Shown here in pieces: positions 54,063 to 63,074 of a stretch of DNA of 64,000 nucleotides. The notes under the pieces are model-generated. The model ran no database searches, had not been told where the DNA came from, and saw nothing but the letters and a program-made list of their open reading frames with translations. Origin of the DNA: Eubacteriales bacterium (lineage in GTDB: Bacteria; Bacillota; Clostridia; Oscillospirales; CAG-272). Location of the stretch: the NCBI GenBank assembly GCA_045633405.1, contig JAZQYD010000058.1:11086-75085 (forward strand). The letters are read 5' to 3'. The position numbers were made by a program, and so were the translations under genes. Each line of letters opens with the position of its first letter. Position 1 is the stretch's first letter.

Positions 54063-55928
54063 TTAAGCTATGGTAATTTCGCTCGTAGCGGAGGTTCCGT
54101 GGCTTCTGAGGGTTATACGCCAGAGACAATCTCTGTCCCAAGAGCCTCTGAAGCTCAGGTCATCGTAGGGGAGGTAGGTATTCTCTACCTTCTCGATAAC
54201 GAGTGCTAGCGACGTATCGTAGGTGAAGGTTCTGCCATCGGCAATACCGAGCTTACCGTCCTCGATAACGGTGGGCTCATCGACTGTGACGAAGTTGAAC
54301 TGAATATCGCCCTCATGGTCGAGCTTTACCTCATCCTTAACGCGGATAACGCTCTCGTCAAGCTGACAGGTACGTCTCATAGACTCGATGCCTGCATCAG
54401 CGGGGAATGCACCCTTGAGCTCCATCGAGACCGTCATATTGTCGACGTCGCACCACTCGTCGGAGGATGCGTACTCTCCGCCCGCCAGCTGCTCCTTACC
54501 GTCAACGAGGGGTACGGAGTGATAGGAGGACTTCATAAACCATCTGTCGTATCTTGTCGGGCCGAAGAAGCCGTTATCATACGAGCCGTGGCTGGGGTCA
54601 ACGAAGACGGGCTTACCGTTAGAGTATACCACGAGGCATCCTACGTCGTTGTGGTTGTGCATCTCGTTGTTCGTTCCGCCCTTGGTAGCGAGGTACAGAC
54701 CCTTAGAGGTATCCGTAAACTCACGGAAGATAGCGATCTTATAAGCATCGTACCACACCGTGCGGTAGCCCTGAACGGCGGGAGCGTTTTTGCAGGGAGG
54801 AGTGTAGAGATCCTTAAGCACACGGTAGGACATACCGAAGAAGTAGTATCTGTTAGGATTATTGTTGGACGCTACCATCTTACCGAAGCTCTCAAGCTCG
54901 GGAAGCTCACACTTAGAGCCGTAGCGGATGATGAGCTTACCGTCCTGCTCGAGTCTAGGACGTGCATCGGCAAAGTTGAGGTAATACTTGCCGTCGATGT
55001 TGAATTTAGCAATGTACTCACCCATTCTCTTGATGAGAGGATGAGAGTAAACGCTGATCGCACCGCCTGAGATATCCTCGAGGGTCTCAAGGCAGTCAAG
55101 AAGAGAGCCGCCTGCTCCGCCCCAGTATCCGGGTCCCTCGTCACAGCAGCCGTCCTCGGGATAGTATGCGGTGAAGTTATCGAGAATGTGCATAGCGTAC
55201 TCGACAACTCTGCATCTCGTGCTCTGCTCCTTGGTGGTGAGAGCCATAGCGAGGAGGATGTTGGAGGTAATGTTGGTGAGCCAGTTATCAATGAAGCCGG
55301 GAATGTCACCCGACCAGCAGTACTTAGCGGTGATGAAGGGGCGAACGCCTCTCAGGTATATCTGACGGTCGATACGCTTGCCGATGAACTCGGAGATGGA
55401 GTCAAGCTCGTCACCGACAAGGTACTTGATAACTGCGAGGAGTGCACAGCAGTTAGCACTGTAAAGATCGAGACCGGGAACAACGTCCTCGGTAAAGTTC
55501 TCGGGAACGGTGGAGGTGGGAGCTGTGGGCGAGTGGTAGGTGTGTGCGGGGATGATCCAGGTGGTCTCCTCGAGGATGGCCCAAACTACGTCTGCGAGCT
55601 TGGTAACGAATCTGCCCTCTCTCTCAATGCTCTCGGCAATAGCGAGGTAGAACGCCATATTACGTCTGCTGTGGTGCTTCGCCTCGAATCTCGAGCGAAC
55701 ACCGGTAAGGTATTTATCTCTGTAAAGCGAAAGAGGGAGGAAGGGGATGGGCTCCTCAAGATACTTCTCCGCCTCGGCGATGATGACCTTAGCCATTTCC
55801 TCGTCAACCGTCTTCTCCTTCAGGTCATAGAAGAGCTTGAACTTATCATAGGTGAGGACGTTCTCTGATGCACGTCCGACGAAGCCCGACTCCTTAAATA
55901 CTCTTATTCCGCTTCTCTTTGTACTCAT
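54063..55928 (-). CDS. Heparinase II/III-like family protein, paralogue 4 of 6 (subtype B), leaderless
   Basis: 621 aa. YLATKGGTNNEMHNHNDVGCLVVY, VDPSHGSYDNGFFGPTRYDRWFMKSSYHS. 15 nt after paralogue 5, with an AAGGAG RBS. Confidence 0.55.
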   Translation of the reverse strand: MSTKRSGIRVFKESGFVGRASENVLTYDKFKLFYDLKEKTVDEEMAKVIIAEAEKYLEEPIPFLPLSLYRDKYLTGVRSRFEAKHHSRRNMAFYLAIAESIEREGRFVTKLADVVWAILEETTWIIPAHTYHSPTAPTSTVPENFTEDVVPGLDLYSANCCALLAVIKYLVGDELDSISEFIGKRIDRQIYLRGVRPFITAKYCWSGDIPGFIDNWLTNITSNILLAMALTTKEQSTRCRVVEYAMHILDNFTAYYPEDGCCDEGPGYWGGAGGSLLDCLETLEDISGGAISVYSHPLIKRMGEYIAKFNIDGKYYLNFADARPRLEQDGKLIIRYGSKCELPELESFGKMVASNNNPNRYYFFGMSYRVLKDLYTPPCKNAPAVQGYRTVWYDAYKIAIFREFTDTSKGLYLATKGGTNNEMHNHNDVGCLVVYSNGKPVFVDPSHGSYDNGFFGPTRYDRWFMKSSYHSVPLVDGKEQLAGGEYASSDEWCDVDNMTVSMELKGAFPADAGIESMRRTCQLDESVIRVKDEVKLDHEGDIQFNFVTVDEPTVIEDGKLGIADGRTFTYDTSLALVIEKVENTYLPYDDLSFRGSWDRDCLWRITLRSHGTSATSEITIA

Positions 55929-55943
55929 TTTTAAATCTCCTTA

Positions 55944-57782
55944 TTAACGAATGGTCACGGTGAAGGTGTTATCCTTGGCAGCGGCTGTGAGCTTGAGATC
56001 CCAGAGGCACTCTACACCCCACCAGTGCTGTATATTGAGGTCATCGTAAGGAAGGCACTTGTTCTCTACTCTGTCGTAGGATACCGTGAAGACCTCGGGG
56101 TCATATGAGAGAACTCTTCCCTCTCCGATCTCAACCTTGCCGTCCTCTCTGATTTGAGGCTCGTTGACGAGGTTGAGGTGGAAGATATACTCGCCCTCCT
56201 CCGAGAGCTTAAGTGCATCGCTGACAGTGATAAGTCCGTCCTCAAGGTGGCAGGTACGTACAAGACTCTCGATGCCCGCCTCGGGTTTATAAAGCTTACC
56301 GATCTCCATCGAGACGGTACGTGCATCTACGTCACACACCTCGTCAGAGGATGAGCCTCCCGTCTTCTGCTGATAGCCGTTGATCTCGGGACAGCTGTGA
56401 GCGTTGGAATTAGTAAACCAACGAAGATATCTGTAATCGCTCTCGAAATATTTGTTGTTATAGCTTCCTATACCGGGGTCGACTGCTATGGGCTTACCGT
56501 CCGAGAAGATGATAAGTGCACCGACGTCATTATGGTTGCCGGGCTCGCTGTTAGTACCGCCCTTGGTAGCAAGGAACAGACCCTTCGAGGTGTCGGTCGA
56601 CTCACGGAATACTGCGATCTTGTGTCCGTCCATCCATACCGACTTCTTCGCAACAACGGGATCGACCTTGTGCACGGTGGGAGTGAATACGTTTCTCACA
56701 ACGGTGTAAGGAGCACCGAAGAAGTAGTATATATTTGCACGCTCAAGAGACATCGTGTGTCCGAAGGAGAGAAGCTCATCGGAGCGAAGCATCTTACCCA
56801 TGATCTCGATGAGGTCTCCGTCGGGAGAAACCTTACCGTGGCAGTCGGCGAAGTTTACGAAATACTTATCATGAATATTAACCTTGCTGATAAACTCGCA
56901 AAGGTTACGCACCATAACGTCATCGTATACGTTTATCTTACCTGCGGAGAGGTCGTCAAGAAGGAGCATAGCGTTGAAGAATCCGCCGGCTCCCGCACCC
57001 CAATATCCGGGGCCCTCGTCACAGGTACCGTCCTCGGGCATACCCGCAGAGAAGTTATCGAGCATCCACATAGCCTTCTCAACCACTCTCTCACGGATCT
57101 CCATATCCGAGACGGTAGCCGCTGTCGCTACAAGGACGTTCATCGAAATGCCGGTAGGCCAGTTATGAGCGGAATAAGACCACCAATAGGTACCCACTAT
57201 GTAGGGACGCACGGTACGGAGGTAAACGAGGTGATCTATTCTCTCGCAGATATAGGGGCTGATAGCATCAAGCTTATCCTTGAGGTAATACTTCGTCACA
57301 GCGAGAACGGCACCGCAGTTAGCCGAGTAAAGGTCAAGGCCGGGCACGTCCTCCTCTCTGTATATCTCAGGCACGTCACTGTTAGGTCTCATATGAGAGT
57401 TAGCCTGGTGAGCGGGAATAACCCAGCTCGACTCCTCCATTATCGCCCAGAGGACGTCTGCAATCTTCTCAACGAAGCGTCCCTTGTCCTCATACATCTC
57501 GGCGATAAGCATATAGCAGAGCATGTCACGTCTGTGGTGATGGACGCTCTCGTAATTTGTTCTAGAGCCCGTGAGGAACTTGTCTCTGTAAAGCGAAAGA
57601 GGGATCGGAACGATCTCTTCCACAAGAAACTCCTCGGCACGCTTCATAATGACCTCGCACTTCTCGGGATCCATCTTAGTGAGGTCAAAATTCCTATGAT
57701 ATTTGAACTCCTCAATAGGCAAAAGAAGACCCTTTGCACTCTTGAAATTATTCCTTGCAAATACACGAATACCGCTCTTCAT
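55944..57782 (-). CDS. Heparinase II/III-like family protein, paralogue 5 of 6 (subtype A), leaderless
   Basis: 612 aa. FLATKGGTNSEPGNHNDVGALIIFSDGKPIAVDPGIGSYNNKYFESDYRYLRWFTNSNAHSCPEINGYQQ. Has its own promoter. Confidence 0.55.
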   Translation of the reverse strand: MKSGIRVFARNNFKSAKGLLLPIEEFKYHRNFDLTKMDPEKCEVIMKRAEEFLVEEIVPIPLSLYRDKFLTGSRTNYESVHHHRRDMLCYMLIAEMYEDKGRFVEKIADVLWAIMEESSWVIPAHQANSHMRPNSDVPEIYREEDVPGLDLYSANCGAVLAVTKYYLKDKLDAISPYICERIDHLVYLRTVRPYIVGTYWWSYSAHNWPTGISMNVLVATAATVSDMEIRERVVEKAMWMLDNFSAGMPEDGTCDEGPGYWGAGAGGFFNAMLLLDDLSAGKINVYDDVMVRNLCEFISKVNIHDKYFVNFADCHGKVSPDGDLIEIMGKMLRSDELLSFGHTMSLERANIYYFFGAPYTVVRNVFTPTVHKVDPVVAKKSVWMDGHKIAVFRESTDTSKGLFLATKGGTNSEPGNHNDVGALIIFSDGKPIAVDPGIGSYNNKYFESDYRYLRWFTNSNAHSCPEINGYQQKTGGSSSDEVCDVDARTVSMEIGKLYKPEAGIESLVRTCHLEDGLITVSDALKLSEEGEYIFHLNLVNEPQIREDGKVEIGEGRVLSYDPEVFTVSYDRVENKCLPYDDLNIQHWWGVECLWDLKLTAAAKDNTFTVTIR

Positions 57783-57819
57783 CAGCGATACCTCCTTAAA
57801 TATTTTACTTTACAAGGTT

Positions 57820-57848
57820 ATTATACCGAAATTCCTTTACAGCGTCAA
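57820..57848 (-). promoter_or_regulatory. Sigma-A-type promoter of paralogue 5
   Basis: Minus strand: TTGACG (57848-43), 17 nt, TATAAT (57825-20). Confidence 0.75.
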
Positions 57849-57909
57849 GAGAATTCGCCAATTTAGGAGTAAAACTTTTTTGGGCAACATTACCAAAGAT
57901 TTGGTTAAT

Positions 57910-57956
57910 ATATACAAAGAAGCACGACTACCGCAGATGTTTCTTGGTAGTCGTGC
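57910..57956 (-). terminator. Rho-independent terminator after paralogue 6
   Basis: Minus strand: GCACGACTACC-13 nt-GGTAGTCGTGC followed by TTCTTTGT. Confidence 0.7.
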
Positions 57957-57982
57957 ATAATGCGTTTTTATAGAATTTACTG

Positions 57983-59827
57983 TCAGGTAATAGAGATCGA
58001 GCAGGTGATTTTTTCGCCCCTCGAGGTAAGCTTAAGATCAAAGAGGCATTCTACCTCCCACCATCTCTCTATGTTCAGGTCATCGTAAGGAAGGTTGGTA
58101 TTCTCAACTCTCGAATAGGTAGCGGAAAATGCATCCGCATCGTAAGAAAGCACTCTTCCCTCTCCTATCTCTACTCTGCCGCCGTCAAGTATTTTAGGCT
58201 CGTTGACAAGGTTCAGGTGGAAGATATATTCACCCTCCGCCTTAAGGCTCAGCGAATCGCTGACGGTAATAAGACCGTCCTCTAGGTGACAGGTACGCAC
58301 AAGGCTCTCGATGCCTGCCGAGGGGGGATATGCGTCACCGATATTCATAGATACGGTACGGGAGTCTATATCGCACTCCTCGTCCTTTGACGCCATATTC
58401 ACTCCCGGTATCTGCTGATAGCCGTTGATCTCGGGACAGCTGTGAGCGTTGGAGTTAGTGAACCAACGAAGATATCTGTAATTGCTCTCGAAATATTTGT
58501 TGTTATAGCTTCCTATACCGGGGTCAACTGCGATGGGCTTACCGTCCGAGAATATGATGAGTGCACCGACGTCATTATGGTTGCCGGGCTCGGCATTGGT
58601 ACCGCCCTTCGTAGCAAGGAAGAGTCCCTTCGAGGTATCGGTGGACTCACGGAATACGGCAATCTGGCTACCGAACATCCATACGGACTTCTTGGCTACA
58701 ACGGGGGTCGCCTCCTTGACGGGAGCGGTATAAGCCGTTCTCACAGCACTGTAAGAGGATGCGAAGTAGAAGTATCTCGACCCGGATGCCTTCGCCATGG
58801 CACGGCCGAAGGAGATGAGCTCCTCGGAATCGAGCATCTTACCCATAAGCTCGACGACGTCGCCGTTAGGTCTCATTCTTCCATCGCAGTCGGCGAAGTT
58901 AAGGAAATAGTTATCGTGAATATTTACCTTACTGATGTACTCGCAGAGGCTACGTGCGTACTCGTCATTATAAACGTTGATCTTACCTCCCGAGAGGTCG
59001 TCAAGAAGGAGCATAGCCTCGAAGAGGCCTCCTGCACCCGCACCCCAATAACCGGGGCCCTCGTCACAGCTACCGTCGGCAGGCATGCCGGAGGTGAAAT
59101 TATCGAGCACCCCCAGGGCCTTCTCTACCACTCTCTCGCGAATCTCCATATCCGATACGGTTGCGGCAGTGGCGGTAAGAATGTTCATGGTAATACCCGT
59201 GGGCCAGTTGTGAGCGGCGTGCATCCACCAAAAATCACCTACTATGTAGGGACGGATACCGCGAAGGTAGACGAGGTGGTCGATACGCTCGCATATGTAG
59301 GGGCTGATAGCATCAAGCTTATCCTTAAGATAGTATTTTACAGTGGCGAGAAGTGCCGAGCAGTTAGCGGCGTAGAGATCGAGACCGGGAACACCGCTCT
59401 GTTCATAAACCTCGGGCACGTCACTGCCGGGCCTCATAAGAGAGTTACTCTGGTGTGCAGGAATTACCCAGCTGGACTCCTCCATAATAGCCCAGAGGAA
59501 ATCGGCTATTTTCTCTACAAATCTGCCCTTATCCTCATACAGCTCAGCGAGGAGCATATAAAGAAGAAGTGCACGTCTCTCATGATGGACAGCCTCGTAA
59601 CGGCTTCTGTTACCCGTCAGGTACTTATCTCTGAAGAGCGAGAGAGGAATCGTGGTAATCTCATAGTCAAGATTCTCCTCGGCACGTGCAAGAATGACCT
59701 TGGCATGCTCGGGAGCGATCTCTTTAATATCGAAATTTCTGTGGAAACGGAATTCCTCGGGTGAGAGGAGCAAGCCCTTCACGCTCTTGTAATTATTCCT
59801 TGCAAAAAGACGTATACCGCTTTTCAT
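57983..59827 (-). CDS. Heparinase II/III-like family protein, paralogue 6 of 6 (subtype A), leaderless
   Basis: Start trimmed to MKSGIRLFARNNYKS (cat at 59825-27, GGAGGA RBS). The 21 extra codons in the track ORF cover the promoter, and the track start TTG is the -35 box. 614 aa. About 75-80% identical to paralogue 5 in the blocks compared by eye. Confidence 0.55.
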   Translation of the reverse strand: MKSGIRLFARNNYKSVKGLLLSPEEFRFHRNFDIKEIAPEHAKVILARAEENLDYEITTIPLSLFRDKYLTGNRSRYEAVHHERRALLLYMLLAELYEDKGRFVEKIADFLWAIMEESSWVIPAHQSNSLMRPGSDVPEVYEQSGVPGLDLYAANCSALLATVKYYLKDKLDAISPYICERIDHLVYLRGIRPYIVGDFWWMHAAHNWPTGITMNILTATAATVSDMEIRERVVEKALGVLDNFTSGMPADGSCDEGPGYWGAGAGGLFEAMLLLDDLSGGKINVYNDEYARSLCEYISKVNIHDNYFLNFADCDGRMRPNGDVVELMGKMLDSEELISFGRAMAKASGSRYFYFASSYSAVRTAYTAPVKEATPVVAKKSVWMFGSQIAVFRESTDTSKGLFLATKGGTNAEPGNHNDVGALIIFSDGKPIAVDPGIGSYNNKYFESNYRYLRWFTNSNAHSCPEINGYQQIPGVNMASKDEECDIDSRTVSMNIGDAYPPSAGIESLVRTCHLEDGLITVSDSLSLKAEGEYIFHLNLVNEPKILDGGRVEIGEGRVLSYDADAFSATYSRVENTNLPYDDLNIERWWEVECLFDLKLTSRGEKITCSISIT

Positions 59828-59861
59828 TTTATATCCTCCGAATAATTTGTTATCTAAGGCT

Positions 59862-59890
59862 ATTATACCCGAATTATAAGACACCGTCAA
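59862..59890 (-). promoter_or_regulatory. Sigma-A-type promoter of paralogue 6
   Basis: Minus strand: TTGACG (59890-85), 17 nt, TATAAT (59867-62). The flanks resemble the paralogue-5 promoter (cTTGACGnTGT...AATTnCGGnTATAATAnCCTT). Confidence 0.75.
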
Positions 59891-59931
59891 GATAATATGA
59901 TAATTTAATTTGATTATTTTACTGACGTGAA

Positions 59932-59970
59932 TGGAAAAAAAGTGCGGCCGTCTTTAAGGGACAGCCGCAC
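59932..59970 (-). terminator. Rho-independent terminator after the 1020-aa secreted protein gene
   Basis: Minus strand: GTGCGGC-tGTC-ccttaaa-GAC-g-GCCGCAC followed by TTTTTTT. Confidence 0.8.
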
Positions 59971-59991
59971 GGAAATATTAAGATTTAAAGA

Positions 59992-62900
59992 TTAACGAAG
60001 CTCTGCATCTACGGGAGGAGTATGATCGAAGTAAGGAGGAAGAACTCCGCCGTTGTAGGTTACGAACGCCTCGTAGCAGTATGCGAAGAGAGAATCGAGA
60101 AGAAGCGTGAGAGCCTCATCCTTGTTCTCCATAGCGTTTACGTAGGACATAAGGCTGTATTCGCCGCTGATAGCAGTGCCATCCTCAGCAGTACCGGTGA
60201 TCGAGATAACGTCCATGTAGAATTCAAGAGCACCGAGGGAGATCTCGATGTAGGTGCACTCGCCAACCTTTCCGTCAACTACGGAATAGGAGGTGCCGAG
60301 AACGTTGATATCACCCGTGAAGCCCTCTTTTATATTAAGTCTGAGAGCGAGATCACTGGAGAGATAAAGCTGAGCACCTCTGAAGGCAACAGCGATATTT
60401 CCTCTGTCAACGTCATCACGGTCGATAACGTCCTTGCCGGGACGAACGTTAAGAAGGTAGTCCTCGGATGCAAGAAGCTCACGAGCCTTAATGCTGAGCA
60501 CGCTGGAGGTGTACTCATATCCTGCCTTTACGTAAGTAAGAGCAGCAGCACCGAGCTTACGTACAAGGGGATCGTCATCACTCAGAAGATCTCTGAAGTA
60601 ATCAACGAGGTCATAATCAATGTTCATCGCAAAGACGTTGCCCTCAGCATCCTTAAATCCGATCTTGACAGAGATAACGTCAAGTGCGTTCGAAACGGAG
60701 ATACCGTCAACCGAGCCAACGTAATACTCGACACCGTCAATGGTAGTCTTAGCAAGGTCAGCTACGTCAACTCTTCCGAGGTAGGACTCGAAGTAAGCTA
60801 CGTCCTCGGTGGTGGGAACGTAGAAGTTAGCGGTGAAGCCTACGGTAAGCTTAAGGTTAAACTTGAACGCAAGGTCGTTCTCAGCAACAGTGTAAGAGAA
60901 GATGGGATGGTCAACCGCAAGCACGTGCATGCCCTCGGGTAACACAACCTCACCGCTCGATACGGTAGGAATAGCATCAAGGTAACAGCCCTCGCCGATA
61001 GTGTAGGTACCCTCAAGAGAGGTCTTACCGTTGGAGCGGGCGGGAACCTCGAACACCTCACGTGTCTTAGCACCCGAATTCTCCATTGTGAAGGTCATCC
61101 TCGAGCCCTCGGTAATGTTGTCGGCAACCGTTCCGTAGAGTGCGAAGAGGCTGTCTGCACCGACGTACTCACAATCCTTGATATTGAGAGTCATCTCGTG
61201 AGCACCTGCTCCGGGAAGGTAGGTTGCAAGAGCACCTGCCGCATTTACGGTAGTCTCGGTGAAGTTAACAGTAGCTGCTCCACCCTCACCCGTGTAAAGA
61301 ATAGCGGGTACGTAATTGTCTGTTGTTCTGTGCTCAACGGTAGCACCGTTAAAGTTTACAGTACCCTTATTGATCTTAATAAGAGCCGCTGTATCATAGA
61401 GAACAACTGTATCCTTGCCTACGTTAAGAATACCTGTTCCATCTATAACAGCGAGGCTGGTACGGGAGGAGGATACGGTACCGTTAATAATAGTGAACTC
61501 AACTCCGTCGAGAATCTCAAGAGCTGCGGACTCGTGCGAGAAGACAAGATCCTTATAGAAGGTGTATCCGCCGAGGTCAAGAGTCAGGCTCTTGCCGATA
61601 ACGATCTTCTCATCTGTATCGTAGTGGATATCCTTGTAGAAACGGATATAGGAATTCTCGCCGAATTCATTAAAGGTATTCTTGGTTATTGTATCACCGA
61701 TGATACCGCCGATGATATTTTCATCAGACATATCGGACGAGGAATACTCAACGATAGCAACCTCACCCTTAGAGAATACTGCGTAGTAGGTGACCTCCTT
61801 ATCGGTAACGGTCACGGTGTGCTCCCAATCAGAGCCGTCCTCGTTCTTGGACCAGCCGTCATGGATATCAAGGTAAACCTTGCCGTCCTCGCTGTAATAG
61901 CCTGCAGCCTCAGCGGGATAACGGATCTTAAGACCGTCTGCATAGCCCTCAACGCGAGTCTCAACTCCGTTTATGTTCCAGGTAACGTTGCAGAGGTACT
62001 GGCAGAGCTGATGAGGATACTCGGGATCGCCCGAATTACCCCAGATGAGCTCAGGATTATCCGGATCCTGCTCACCGCTTGTAAGAAGCTGAACCTCGTT
62101 ACCGAACTTAACAAAGTTCTTGTTATCGCCGTAAACCTCAATGGAGTCATAGTAGTTGACCGAGAAGGTGGTAGCATTAACGGGAATGTTCTGCTCCTTA
62201 AATCTCGCACCCTTGGAAATGTTTACGCTGGCAACGCACTCAGGGTTATCTATAACAAGGAAGGTATCGTCCAAGAAGTTAAAGCCCGAACCGTTTGCAA
62301 AGCTGATGTTAAGAACGTCGTAGGCCGAAGACTTTGCGTATATAAACTTATGGGTGTGAGCGGTGCTGTTATCGATATAGTAGGAATCCTCGAAGATTAC
62401 GTTACGCTCATAGTCGGGCATAGTGCCGTCTTCTTCCTTAGGCTTAAGCTTATCAGCATCCTTAGCAGTGTATGCCGCAGAAAGGCTGAGAATAGCTATA
62501 CCGGAGCACTCGGGTGCAACCTCGAAGGTGGTATTCTTGAAGTGAATGATACGAACGCCTGCGTCGTATATAAAGTTACCGCTCTTCGACTTTTCAATAA
62601 TGTGAAGGTTCTCAAAATAGATTTCACTGTTAGGACGGGGCTGGATGAACTGGCTCGAGATGTGCTCGATAGTACCGTTCTTAATAGTGAGCGATGCTCT
62701 GTCAAGCCAGCTGGGAGCAGACGAGCCGTTAACGATTATCTTCGACGAGGCGGTCATCTTGTGGCCGTTTAAGTTAATGATAATGTTCTGACGTCTGTCA
62801 AGCTGAACCTGAGAGGAAACCAATACGTCACTGTAACAGAGAACGTAGCCTCTGCCGGTAAGCTTATCGGTGGTAAGAGCCGCAGTCTCATATTTAGCAA

Positions 62901-63054
62901 CGGGCTTGTTGGGGTTAGCGAGGTAATCAGCCTCACTGTTCCAGACCGCATATCCCACCTCATCGGTCGAAGCGGCCGATGAGGGTACTGCGAGAAGTGC
63001 AAATGTAACAGATAAAATCAATATTGGTAAGAGAAAGGCTAATATCTTTTTCAT
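59992..63054 (-). CDS. Large secreted protein (signal peptide, beta-rich repeats, conserved ~290-aa C-terminal domain), unknown function
   Basis: 1020 aa. MKKILAFLLPILILSVTFALLAVPSSAAS. Motifs of the type NIIINLNGHKMTAS...LTIKNGTI and LTLDLGGYTF...FTIINGTV. The C-terminal domain is shared with the next ORF. Confidence 0.7.
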   Translation of the reverse strand: MKKILAFLLPILILSVTFALLAVPSSAASTDEVGYAVWNSEADYLANPNKPVAKYETAALTTDKLTGRGYVLCYSDVLVSSQVQLDRRQNIIINLNGHKMTASSKIIVNGSSAPSWLDRASLTIKNGTIEHISSQFIQPRPNSEIYFENLHIIEKSKSGNFIYDAGVRIIHFKNTTFEVAPECSGIAILSLSAAYTAKDADKLKPKEEDGTMPDYERNVIFEDSYYIDNSTAHTHKFIYAKSSAYDVLNISFANGSGFNFLDDTFLVIDNPECVASVNISKGARFKEQNIPVNATTFSVNYYDSIEVYGDNKNFVKFGNEVQLLTSGEQDPDNPELIWGNSGDPEYPHQLCQYLCNVTWNINGVETRVEGYADGLKIRYPAEAAGYYSEDGKVYLDIHDGWSKNEDGSDWEHTVTVTDKEVTYYAVFSKGEVAIVEYSSSDMSDENIIGGIIGDTITKNTFNEFGENSYIRFYKDIHYDTDEKIVIGKSLTLDLGGYTFYKDLVFSHESAALEILDGVEFTIINGTVSSSRTSLAVIDGTGILNVGKDTVVLYDTAALIKINKGTVNFNGATVEHRTTDNYVPAILYTGEGGAATVNFTETTVNAAGALATYLPGAGAHEMTLNIKDCEYVGADSLFALYGTVADNITEGSRMTFTMENSGAKTREVFEVPARSNGKTSLEGTYTIGEGCYLDAIPTVSSGEVVLPEGMHVLAVDHPIFSYTVAENDLAFKFNLKLTVGFTANFYVPTTEDVAYFESYLGRVDVADLAKTTIDGVEYYVGSVDGISVSNALDVISVKIGFKDAEGNVFAMNIDYDLVDYFRDLLSDDDPLVRKLGAAALTYVKAGYEYTSSVLSIKARELLASEDYLLNVRPGKDVIDRDDVDRGNIAVAFRGAQLYLSSDLALRLNIKEGFTGDINVLGTSYSVVDGKVGECTYIEISLGALEFYMDVISITGTAEDGTAISGEYSLMSYVNAMENKDEALTLLLDSLFAYCYEAFVTYNGGVLPPYFDHTPPVDAELR

Positions 63055-63074
63055 GTGTTTATTCTCCTTCCAAA

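Noticed and set aside
59828-59890. 21-codon N-terminal extension of paralogue 6. Similar caller-extended starts occur at 17202, 18196, 19014, 23975, 26420, 30142, 30768, 33323, 39811 and 43334.
   Set aside because: - The extensions begin at non-ATG codons.
- They lack an RBS.
- In the case of 59890 the extension starts on the TTG of the -35 hexamer and runs through the promoter.
- Downstream ATG codons with good Shine-Dalgarno sequences align with the paralogues or family N-termini.
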